Position numbers and translations under genes: made by a program. DNA of 64,000 nt from Amphiscolops sp. MND2022. Its lineage: Eukaryota. The DNA is taken from contig OZ076413.1 of assembly GCA_964187785.1 (NCBI GenBank), positions 42,036,001 to 42,100,000 on the forward strand, written 5' to 3'. Shown one piece after another: positions 26,501 to 35,838 of this stretch (position 1 is its first letter; each line of letters begins with the position of its first letter). Below the pieces are notes generated by a model, which worked only from the letters and a program-made list of their open reading frames with translations, did not search any database and was not told the DNA's origin.

Positions 26501-29500
26501 ATGAAGCTAAACTCAGCAAAAAAGATAGTCAACACGATAAAATAGATCAAGAGAGAGTCTCAAACGGTATCCAAAAACCTCAAACTAAAGCACTTGAAAC
26601 TGAAGATGTCTCACAGTTAGATAAAAATATTAATATTGCAGACGCTTTCTTGGAATTTGGACATGTTCCAAAAGGTGAAAAGCCTATTGATGCAAAGGAA
26701 ACAGGAGATCGTAATTTTATTGACTCCATTACAACAGTGAATGAACGACAACCGGAACTCGAGAACATAAAATCAGACCAAATAACAGAGAATCTTGACT
26801 ATATGAAACAGCCGATTTCCAAAAAAGACCCCAGAGTTTCACAAGAACTTGAAGCCCATTATGAACGGAACAAGGGAGATCAAGAAGGCGCGGATCAAAA
26901 AAATGAAGACATCTCCTACAGAACCCAATCGAGTGGTAGTGCTTTTAGTACCAGCAAAAGTGATCCGTCTGAAACTCCGAGTACTAGCGACGATTTCAGC
27001 TACCGCGGAAGTTTCAGAGGCTTAGAAGCTGAGGACCTCAGTGATCAAATAGAGGAAAGCAGTGACAACTCAGTTCGCAATCGAAGTTTCCAAGGCAAAG
27101 GAATTGACAGAGCAAATGACGGTTCTCGGTTACAAGAAACCAAAAACCTGGCAGTAGCAGTAGAACACGAAAAAATAATATCTGCGGAATCCGAAATTAT
27201 GAAAACAAATATAGAAGAACAGGTCGAAGATGAAACTGATGCCAGTATATCACCAGAACAAATTTCATCGAAGTTGCTGCAAGGCGTCTGTTCACCTGGA
27301 AACAAGACTTGTGATAACGAAACAACTCCGAATTTTGATAGCTCTCAGATTATTTCGATGGCAAGAAGCACCAAAGTCCTGTCAAATGATGAGCTATCGT
27401 GCACAAGCTGGGATAAAATTAGTGATTTGGAAAGGAGTGATTCATTAGAAAATGGCTCCCCAAATGATTCAAATGAGCGATCATCGAGCCCGCAAAAGAG
27501 TGATTCACCAGAGGAGAGACATGAGCATCTTTGTAGGAAAGATACATCTGATAATTTCGAAAAAACACAGACGACAGAAAATCATCAAAATCAAGAAGAA
27601 GAAGAAGAAGAAGAAGAAGAAGAAGAAGAAGAAGATGAACAAAATCAAGAAGAATGTGATCAAGAAGAAGAAGAAAATGAACAAAATAAAGAAGAATGTG
27701 ATCAAGAAGAAGAAGAAGAAGAAGAAAATGAACAAAATAAAGAAGAATGTGATCAAGAAGAAGAAGAAGAAGAAGAAGAAGAAAATGAACAAAATCAAGA
27801 AGAATGTGATCAAGAAGAAGAAGAAGAAGAAGAAGATGAACAAAATCAAGAAGAATGTGATCAAGAAGAAGAAGAAGAAGAAGAAAATGAACAAAATAAA
27901 GAAGAATGTGATCAAGAAGAAGAAGAAGAAGAAGAAAATGAACAAAATAAAGAAGAATGTGATCAAGAAGAAGAAGAAGAAGAAGAAGAAGAAGAAGAAG
28001 AAGAAAATGAACAAAATCAAGAAGAATGTGATCAAGAAGAAGAAGAAGAAGAAGAAGAAGAAGAAGAAGAAGAAGAAGAAGAAGCAGAAGAAGATTCAGA
28101 GACTTCAGGTGAATCATTTGAAAGAAAGACGCGAGATATTCTACACAGCAACAATGATCATGAAAAACATTCGGATGTCTGCAATTTGCAAGATCTAAGT
28201 GAACAAAAAAATAGCCAAACAACCCCAAGTGAAACTGACAACGTAACAGAACGAGAAAATAGGAGTAGTTCTTCTAATAGTTGTTATGTCGACCTAGACA
28301 ACTCAGACTTCAATTCGAACCAGCATGGGGATTCAGATGAAATGGATAAAGAAAATAATGGGCAATCAGATGTCAGTCCAGAAATAACAGGAGCATCGGG
28401 TTTGGAAACCAATGATCCAGAGCCTAATGATTTAACTGAAAGAGTCGAAGAGCCAGACATTCTCAACAATGGCATGTATTTATCACAATCGGCTACAAAA
28501 CCGGATGAATTCAGGGAAAAACAGCAAAAGCACGAAGAAATTCAAAGCTTGTCATCAAGTCAACCTGAATCGTATCCAACCAATACTTCTGAAACAGCGA
28601 ATGATGCAGCTGAAACGTCAACTGATTCGACAACAACTCATCCAATCGAAATAACCCAGAATTCTACGGGAACTTTAAACCACGACGTTGAAAATAATCA
28701 TGATGCAACTTCTGGTAATCAATTATTTGTAAATGTTGAGCATGAAAATATATCGAACAGAAAGGATCCGATTGAAGCACCGGGACTAGAAGCAGATCAA
28801 GTCACGTCCGAAGTTGTATCTAGGGATCTAGGCATTGAAACAGAAATGAAGGCTAAAAGCAACCAATCTCAATCACCAGAAAAAAGTCTTGACGGTGAAT
28901 TAAGAAGCACAGAATGTGAAACTGTTTCTATCGAAAATACCATCGACAAACAATACCATGACATTACAAATTCACGATCGAACGAATCAGACGCGAAAGA
29001 ATTGAGTAGAACTAGCTGTGAAGAAAGCGAGGAGACAGAAGAAAAAGAAAACAGTAGCAGCACCCACAACAGTAGTTATGTCGATGTAGGACAACACTCG
29101 GAGGATTTCAGTCCAATACAAAGTGTGGATTCTGACGAGTTCGACAGAACCCACGAACATACTTCACAGTTGCAACCAAAGGAAGAGGAGTCAGATCCAA
29201 ACGAAGACCTCACGGCATCCAAAAACGCCAATGAAATCTTTGACCATTCAAATAACTGCTTAGGTACAGAAGGTATAAAAGGATCTGACTCTGATCTCAA
29301 GGGTTTTAGCAACCTTGAAAAATTCCGACAAGATGAAAACAACTCGACAAACAAAAAACACGTGCCCGGACATTCTCAAGAATCATTTGGATGTACTGAA
29401 ATCATTTTGACTGAGACAGTACCAGAGCCTCAAAGTGAAAATATGAACATAGAGTTCACAGAAACCTTGAAAGAAGATGAAGACAGCAACAAACTGAATG

Positions 29501-30342
29501 ATGTAATGATAGATAGACCAGATGTGGGAAGTTTTCAGACCAGAAAAATGGTCAAATCTAACGATACAGAAGAAAACTTGGAAAAGGCGAATGAAGAAAA
29601 AGCGCAATACACTCAATGTGTATTATTAGACACCAAGTCATCGAATTATGAGATACAGAATCAGGAAACTAAATTTGGAGAAACAAACGTATCAACGACG
29701 AAGGAAGTCTCTGGAACTATTTCCCTTGAAAAACATGATCGGACAGAAACAAGCGTACCAGAGAACCAGCATGACGTTAAAATCGGAAACAATGATGCAA
29801 AAACGATCAGCGAAAATGGGAGCATTCTTAACGATGTTAATGAAGATACAAAAGTTCACCTTTTTACACTAGATTTGAAATCCAACCACCAATCTGAAAC
29901 GATAAGACCAAGTTCTGCAGAAAGCCGGGAACAAGACGACGAAAGCAGCGATCATGGCAGCAGTTATGTTGACATAGGCAACTCGGATTCGAGTCCGACG
30001 CAAAGTGGTGGATCAAGTGGATCTTCTAAAGAGCATGCAAAGGTATCGGACTTGAACCCGGAGGAAACCGAAGCCGAGACCCGCCATTCGGAGTCAGAAG
30101 AAAATCCGAAGTTGAGAGACGCTTCGGGTTGTACAGAAGGTCTCTTGAACACAACAACTAAATATCAAATTAAAGACGAATCGGATCAATTGAAGGACAT
30201 CAACGAGCATTCAAAACGCCGTACTGGTCAAAAACAATCGGATCATCTACAACAAAAAACGGAGCGAGCTGATTGTAACATTACGCTAGCCACCAACAAC
30301 TCAGAGCAGGAGCGAGATTCAACTTCGAGCGCCATGCTCTAG
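23527..30342 (+). CDS. Large B-box-like zinc finger / coiled-coil protein (TRIM-like N-terminus) with ~2000-aa acidic low-complexity tail
   Basis: Uninterrupted ~2270-codon ORF (first ATG 23527; frame open from 23398). N-terminal CxxC-x9-CxxC-x4-CxxC-x3-H (CENCTIKVTELHICTHCKKSFCTECGNEH) followed by a heptad-rich coiled coil; the rest is S/E/N/D/T/K-rich. Upstream exons are possible. Confidence 0.85.
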   Translation: MDPSNFKVCENCTIKVTELHICTHCKKSFCTECGNEHLQAIFGKLDDLQEKLQKKLTEWTQLKVTFQTSCQETLIKIAELEKALLELVGNRTSNLLDDCGLVMQRRMWDYENQVEFMQEVQNKLNNASNGLAYDEISLGDADNAIQEVEKLLKEAERWKNEYQMDLNYDPMDIQRVNWCLMTTGHLYTKPSEEEEKLKNRKLRIERAQQQLDEGLSMTPLNKDETKFDQHDQEFRRNVTSSGLRSNNLSPWWSATTTGWRSSALNSSNLRPKYDSIKSKIVRPRNSVSAGTLGDFSELTTKSSSEGLRNLQIQGGSTPGGSIDNFLRIGTDETLGTLSFPGRKYEPIELGSFWRSKYSEAQSQSAEKMNEMSLKAEKDEELPRNRVSSFLNQNECLLTQPYLKERWRESGWWKKKPTHDCNEKQQRTGKSYETHVSSSKEEERRTSFDPNTHDRRYPSSSTGTQITKPTTKKPNDSNSDYSSDSSINSEDSKQKGQSSKKRSDKEANASQVQKNRVNGNGLSSKASSWMDSSDFSKHDRRKLGKQKNTSTTHETKTQKTTQPQSKIGNELNIANNISSMKGQKMGYSKTLDEKQNSLSGTFTRHPDRPTELPECNTIEPKMKNAQCQITQLGRGKIHFSSKRFRQPVNIASNRKEAQCQISSSWNRVVDFTYQKFPDSYPRYESRGVCSSRDTQTQCPSESLSDLLRPEGRLIASQLQQSSSRETYAPQQPRFSENYDRIQTGDTENTDSWENKNPWVSAFRASLRNATSFMLPERQDGRPSHGVFQGIPCRQTVSGRNRINERSENDSNNRTTSKRRHSMKKTQQTQTEEVPVRNSAQSQNSTKHKEKELNIRGVELAHGTHSLRYSESQNTCNIHSRNRENSTNLDNFQNEKVDEPSRRQRRNDSSIHRGTRTVFAPSTSGMIATQPVRSEGNETAFKSERGNNSCEDRHIKTRERLGTSSSIGSRMKSSSITPTQDIGGDNWLRHIATDEAKLSKKDSQHDKIDQERVSNGIQKPQTKALETEDVSQLDKNINIADAFLEFGHVPKGEKPIDAKETGDRNFIDSITTVNERQPELENIKSDQITENLDYMKQPISKKDPRVSQELEAHYERNKGDQEGADQKNEDISYRTQSSGSAFSTSKSDPSETPSTSDDFSYRGSFRGLEAEDLSDQIEESSDNSVRNRSFQGKGIDRANDGSRLQETKNLAVAVEHEKIISAESEIMKTNIEEQVEDETDASISPEQISSKLLQGVCSPGNKTCDNETTPNFDSSQIISMARSTKVLSNDELSCTSWDKISDLERSDSLENGSPNDSNERSSSPQKSDSPEERHEHLCRKDTSDNFEKTQTTENHQNQEEEEEEEEEEEEEDEQNQEECDQEEEENEQNKEECDQEEEEEEENEQNKEECDQEEEEEEEEENEQNQEECDQEEEEEEEDEQNQEECDQEEEEEEENEQNKEECDQEEEEEEENEQNKEECDQEEEEEEEEEEEEENEQNQEECDQEEEEEEEEEEEEEEEEAEEDSETSGESFERKTRDILHSNNDHEKHSDVCNLQDLSEQKNSQTTPSETDNVTERENRSSSSNSCYVDLDNSDFNSNQHGDSDEMDKENNGQSDVSPEITGASGLETNDPEPNDLTERVEEPDILNNGMYLSQSATKPDEFREKQQKHEEIQSLSSSQPESYPTNTSETANDAAETSTDSTTTHPIEITQNSTGTLNHDVENNHDATSGNQLFVNVEHENISNRKDPIEAPGLEADQVTSEVVSRDLGIETEMKAKSNQSQSPEKSLDGELRSTECETVSIENTIDKQYHDITNSRSNESDAKELSRTSCEESEETEEKENSSSTHNSSYVDVGQHSEDFSPIQSVDSDEFDRTHEHTSQLQPKEEESDPNEDLTASKNANEIFDHSNNCLGTEGIKGSDSDLKGFSNLEKFRQDENNSTNKKHVPGHSQESFGCTEIILTETVPEPQSENMNIEFTETLKEDEDSNKLNDVMIDRPDVGSFQTRKMVKSNDTEENLEKANEEKAQYTQCVLLDTKSSNYEIQNQETKFGETNVSTTKEVSGTISLEKHDRTETSVPENQHDVKIGNNDAKTISENGSILNDVNEDTKVHLFTLDLKSNHQSETIRPSSAESREQDDESSDHGSSYVDIGNSDSSPTQSGGSSGSSKEHAKVSDLNPEETEAETRHSESEENPKLRDASGCTEGLLNTTTKYQIKDESDQLKDINEHSKRRTGQKQSDHLQQKTERADCNITLATNNSEQERDSTSSAML
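27595..28092 (+). repeat. Coding compound repeat: (GAA)n tracts interleaved with eight [DN]EQN[QK]EECDQ units
   Basis: Directly visible: eight GAAGAATGTGATCAA cores separated by variable pure GAA runs. Confidence 0.95.
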
Positions 30343-31519
30343 AACTTGAACACGACTGCAGTGCTCTGGACTCAAGACAGAAAACAAAGATCGATGAACA
30401 AGACCGAGATGTCAATCAAAAGAGCATAGAATCAAAAGGACAATGCCAATGATAATCAATTATTGAGCTGGACAAGAAGTAAACCAAGACAAGAAATAGC
30501 GGGTTAGAGCAAGAAAATGACTGGGAAAGTGCACAAGAAAAGCAGATCTACGATTTTAACTGTAGACAGCAGATCAAAATAAAAGGCCGACCAGAAAAAA
30601 TGAAACTGAGCAGGAAAAAGAAGCACGTCATGTCTCAACAACACAACGATGGATGGAGCAACAAAAGTCTGAAGTTTGTGATATTTCATTTCAATTACAA
30701 ATTATTTATAATAACAGGCATTGGGTTATATTTGTTGATTCGATTAGACATTGAAGCAAGGGTGCCAAAACCCGTCTTATACTGTTGGGCAGTTCCAACC
30801 AGTTGTTGAACCGTCTCAATATTGGAAATTTTCCAACCGTTCTAATTAAACAATTTCTGCGCTCAAAATTAAAAAAAAAGTTAAAATCATTAGAAAATAA
30901 AAACTTTTTGTAAAAATAAACGAACGCCTATTTGCTCACGAGTAAAATTTTTGGAAGGCTAATCGAAGTGTGAATGTTGGGAGTCAATGTGTTCTCCTAA
31001 TAATTCAGAATGAGGAAAACTATGACAGCTGTTTTCCAATTGAGAGTTATTCGATTGATGCTCATCAGTAGAATTTTTATAGTTTGGCGTTTTCATGAAA
31101 ATCCCATTATTCTCGCGCGAAGCCCAGACTACAGACAGAACTATGTTTATCACGCTTCTAGACCGTAATATTATTGGAAGCAGCGGAAAAGGCGGTCTAT
31201 AGCGTTTTGTGTTAAGGCTTCTTTAGAAAAGTTGGTGTTGTCTCATTAGACGATACTTTTCACCGCTTAAATTGAAATTGTAAGTGACGTCAGCATTGTA
31301 ATGGTTCGAACCGGTCACGACAGAGATGATCACAGAACTTGAAAGTGTCGAGCTCCAGAGCGTTTTTTCAACATGATAAGTTTCTTGAAAATGAAAAAGA
31401 CACTAATGATAAACTTCTATCTACAGTGCCGAAAAATCTCGAACTGATACGCTCAAAACTCGAACCCCACTCTTTCACCTACAGGAAACGGTAGGAAAAC
31501 TTAGAATTAACTAATCTCG

Positions 31520-32001
31520 TATGAAGGGATACGGATTCCAACCCTTGAACCGAAAGTTAAGGGACACGTCCCTTTCGAAGGGTCCAATCGAAATGAGTCC
31601 CGCCGCCATCGGCACTTTTTAGTCCCTGAGGATAGTTCCCATCGGCAGGTCGTTTACTTGTACCGGCGAAGTACTCATTGAAATTGATTACCCGCTCCCG
31701 AGCTAAAATCTTCAAGTCTCATGGAGGGAGTTACATTGGAAACATCATACAGAAAAACCCCTGTACAATAGCATCATATGTCTTGTGAAGGGAGATGACA
31801 AAATTTTTGTTCGAGGGTTGGAGAGAAATCCCAAAAGCTCATTTCTAACAGAAAAAGTTTAGTGTTCGGGGGAAAGTTTCGTCCTTTCACGTAACTCTTT
31901 GCGCAAAGTCTCTCCGTCTCGCAAGGTAGTAAGGAAAAGTTACTTGCGGTTGAAACTGTATTGCAGAAACTATCCGGAAATTTCAAGGTGCAGATTTCCA
32001 C
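31520..32001 (-). pseudogene. Unknown retroelement-associated ORF family Y, copy A (frameshifted)
   Basis: Translated pieces (ETERLC, LYDVSNV, LKILARERVINFNEYFAGT) match copies at 33529-33985 and 39690-40020. Confidence 0.55.
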
Positions 32002-32229
32002 AGTACGTAACTACTCAATCCAGAAATAGCACAGCAGGTGAACGAAATAAAAAGAACAACTCGACAAAAAGTTAGCACTTTTATTAATTTTCTTACACTC
32101 TCCCCTCCTGCACTTATATTTTACTGAATGAACTGAACAAAACGAGATTTCTGTTTTTTTTTTAAAAAATAAGATTATCACTCATAATCGATAAAGAATT
32201 AGGCCAGCACCAGTTTAGGGTTAAGTCGT

Positions 32230-32704
32230 CGTGTGTCCTTCAGTTTTCTTGAGCTGAGAACAAATCAGTTCAGGTCAAGGTCAGGTTCGTCAAGTCCGTA
32301 CCTTGGGATGGCTGCTCCGCGGCTCGTCGTTCTTTTGTTTCCTTTGGAATTCACAGCTGGGGTCTCCTCCTCGTGCTGGCTTCGCTGGGTTCCGCGACGA
32401 TTTCGACCGATGGAGTCTTCACCTGAATCATGATCCTTCCCTGCTCATTCAATTGGTCTCTGTCTGCTTGGCAAGTAATTTCCTCAGTGAAGTCGGTGTT
32501 CGTGAGGCGGGTCGCAACGTGTGGGATTTCCACCCTTCCTGACCTGCTGACTCAATCGGGCACCTTTTGTCCGCAAGGAGTACGACCTTCCATGTCCTCC
32601 ATCACGCAATTAGTTTGCTCTACGACGTCTCCCGGTATGTCGAACGTTAAGGTTTCGAAAAGTGGCCTGTCACCAGGGGCATTTTCATTACTTTCTGACG
32701 TCAT
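32230..32704 (-). pseudogene. Unknown ORF family X, copy 1
   Basis: MTSESNENAPGDRPLFETLTFDIPGDVVEQTNCVMEDMEGRTPCGQ aligns with 37087-37431 MTPVGIDEKRTERPLFETLSRELPGEGTSRENCTMGEWDGRTPYGQ; the upstream non-coding DNA is also similar. Confidence 0.55.
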
Positions 32705-33528
32705 CTGGTTAATGTTTCGTGTCAACTCCGGTTTTCAAACGTGCTGAGAACGGAGCAGTTAACTAATACGTGTCCATTTGTACTATTCGGTGTTGAGCGC
32801 TCAAGGAATTTATTTGCCGACGACGAGTCACTCTCCTAAAAAGCGGTTTTATCGAGCTACTAAAATCTCAGGCTGATACCAGCACAATACTTGATTATAC
32901 GGCATTTCGGTGAATCGTTAAGCGACAATCATCAGAAGATTCTAAGGTACATTAAATAAACCCGGCAATTGAGTGATTAACATATCAGGCCAGGAACACA
33001 TTGGTATATTGTTTCAACTAGGCCAAGGGTGACTGAACACCCCTTTAAGTTAAACTAGGTGTTACATGAAAATCGTCAAAATACGCCAGAGATCCAAAGA
33101 TCCTCCTATGGAGAAAAATTGACGACGTCCGTGAAAGAAGACACGTTTGATGCTGTCATTAGAGTGCATAGGCAAGCTTAATTTGCTCAAAGCGCAATTT
33201 GTGCTTTCAATACCTCGGATTCCACGACCATACCTTTACCCGTGCAAAATTGGCAAATTACGTCATAAGTCCCGGATTCCACAAACAAGCATTCCACACA
33301 GAACGGTTCATCCACACAGGTTTCAAATCAGATTCCTGTTCGTCAAATTTTCTGCATAGGAACTCGGTATCGTGTATAAATGCAGGTTATTATGGGCAAC
33401 TTGGGAATAGGACAGTTAGAGAACTGGGAGAGGGTTCATTCTAGACTAACAAAATGGCGTCAGACCGGTTAACATCATTTTTTAAAATTTTGGTTCATAG
33501 AGACCCTTTTCCCACTTTTTCGTCTTCA

Positions 33529-33985
33529 TTATCCTTCCAATATGATGTGCGTTGATTTTTTCATATCTATTTCCAGCTTCCGAGCCAAAAATTTCATGGT
33601 TGTTGGAGTAGTTACGTAGGAAACGTCATCCAGAGAATCTGAGACAAAACCACTAAAAGTTTTCGGAAGGGAGCTCTGGGGACCAATTCCAACTTTCTTC
33701 ACTCTTCGATGGCAGCTAACATTTGGCAAGAGCCCGACAAAACGTACAATAATTTGATATTGTAAGAAATTTTTGCTACTAGGGTTGGAGAGAAAACCCA
33801 AGGGCTCAACTCTTAACAGAAAGGCTTGAATTTTTGGTGAGTAAGCTTCGTTCTATCAGCGTGCGATTCCCTTCACAAAGTCTCTCCGTGCTCAAGTGTT
33901 TCGACTCACTGGAACTATGGAAAATCACTGGCAGTTAATAGTATAATTTCGAAATTATCCAGATAATACAATTGCAGACTTCCAC
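33529..33985 (-). pseudogene. Unknown ORF family Y, copy B
   Basis: LYVLSGSCQMLAAIEE..VKKVGIGPQSSLPKTFSGFVSDSLDDVSYV..MKFLARK, matching copy C with synonymous third-position changes. Confidence 0.6.
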
Positions 33986-34925
33986 GGTACGTAATTATTC
34001 AATCGAACTAGCAGCAAATGAAGGTTGTATAAAACAGTCCAACAAAACTGTGCCCAAGCCGATTACAACTTTCTACGGTTGACAAGTCCCGGACTTGAAA
34101 TTCAATTCGTCTGCTCTCACTAAGCAGTCTCAGTAAATTCGGTTTTGAGTAGGTCTCTTGCCTTCTCGCGCCTCAACGTACTCGTCACGTCGTTCTACTT
34201 CTTGTGTCGAGCGGTTCCTTCAGTTATTTTCTCCTTTTTGTTTATTTGATCATAGCCCGGAAATTTGTTGTACCAATGTCACTCTTTTATTTGCATGCTT
34301 TTAACTTCATGTAGCTTCATTCCTTTTTTGGCATGGCAGCGCCCTAGTTATTTTTCAAGCAGACATACTTCGCCGCCAACGACAAACAATTCAACAATGG
34401 TCGTACGAAGTTCACATTTCAATAATAATTCAATTCACTCGAGATATTTTTAATTTTACTTCCACGGTACGTAATTATTCAATCAAACTAGCAGCAAATG
34501 AAGGTTGTATATAACAGTCCATTAAAACTGTGCCCAAGCCGATTACAATTTTCTACGGTTGCCAAGTCCCGGACTTGAAATTCAATTCATCTGCTCTCAC
34601 TAAGCAGTCTAAGTAAATTCGGTTTTGAGTAGGTCTCTTGCCTTCTCGCGGCTCAACTTACTCGTCGCGTCGTTCTACTTCTAGTGTCGGGCGGTTCCCT
34701 TAGTTATTTTTCTCCTATTAGTCTATTTGCTCATAGCCAGCAAATTTGTCATTAGGCGTCGGTCTCACATTTGCATGCTTTCACATTCATGTTTATCCAT
34801 TCCTTTCATGGCATGGTGAACGCCACTGGTTATGCTTCGTCTAAACAGTCCTTGCCGCCAACGACAAATAGTTCACATCTTGTCCGAAGTCCACATTTCA
34901 ACAATTCAAGTCACCCGAGAAATTC
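33978..34925. repeat. Tandem duplication with 480-bp period
   Basis: ACTTCCACGGTACGTAATTATTCAATC begins at 33978 and 34458; the first ~240 bp are near-identical and the remainder clearly more diverged. Confidence 0.9.
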
Positions 34926-35838
34926 TTAACGTCGAAGAAATTGCTCAATGACCTTCAACTACATGGTTTACATGTTCTCTACGTGTAAGGGGTACCTTTT
35001 CGCCATACTAAGTGCGTTGCATTGCAAATCCTTTCGCCTGACTGAAATGCATAAATTACCACGCAAAGAGCGCTGATTCACATGTTTTATGGTAAGTTTC
35101 TCTGTATGTTCAGGGGTCGCATCTAAAATGACCTTGAGGCCCATCAGTGACCTTGAAGTTATTTGTAATCATCCAATGTTACTACATGCCAAGTTATATC
35201 GTCCTCGGGCCTTAAACAAACATTTCTCCGCGCGTTATGTATCCTTCATGTATATTAGTTAGGGTTACCATCTTAGGCAAGTTTCGTGATCCTCGGGTCG
35301 TCCGTTGGCTATTTAAATAACGTTCGGGGTTCATTTACATAGGGTCCGTACTCCTCCTACCCGCGTCGTAGGGTTCCGAAAATATACGCAAACGGCTTGA
35401 GATCATGTGGGCTATCAATTCCATATATATTACGACTTATTCCGTGCTTGGCCGACGAGTTGGTAAGGGGGTCGACCTAGGTCTTTTCCGGTGCTAATAG
35501 CCCGGGACTGAGGGGAGGTACGAGGTCGGGTACTTCGAGTCGAAAGTTGAGTTAACACCTCTAGTTTATGCATGTCACATTTCAGCTCGATCGGACTAGC
35601 CCTTCCCAAAAATGGGGGGTGGTGTATTTTGGGGATGCCTCTCCTTTCCGCATAAAATGAAAACTTAGTAAAATTCGCTCGAAGCGGTCAATTCTAACGT
35701 AGCGAATTCGAACAATTTCGTTGTTGACATTAGTTCTACCTTGCTCAAACAATCAAATTTACTCTTTCCACATTCTGTTTGCCATCCGCAGTTCTATTCT
35801 CGCACGCAATTGCATTGCAATGTAATAATTAATCTAAT

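Noticed and set aside
27595-28092. Repeat-spacer appearance suggesting a CRISPR array
   Set aside because: The spacers are pure GAA runs in a reading frame, the DNA is eukaryotic and no cas genes are present.
27419-28228. Long ORFs with poly-Leu, poly-Lys or poly-Phe (27419-28228 -, 27452-28198 +, 27505-28035 -)
   Set aside because: Shadow frames of the (GAA)n coding repeat inside the 2280-aa ORF; no independent coding evidence.
34375-34385. TGGCGGCG as a primer-binding site in the 480-bp repeat
   Set aside because: Not preceded by an LTR-terminal CA, and it falls within the conserved ELFVVGG codons of ORF W.
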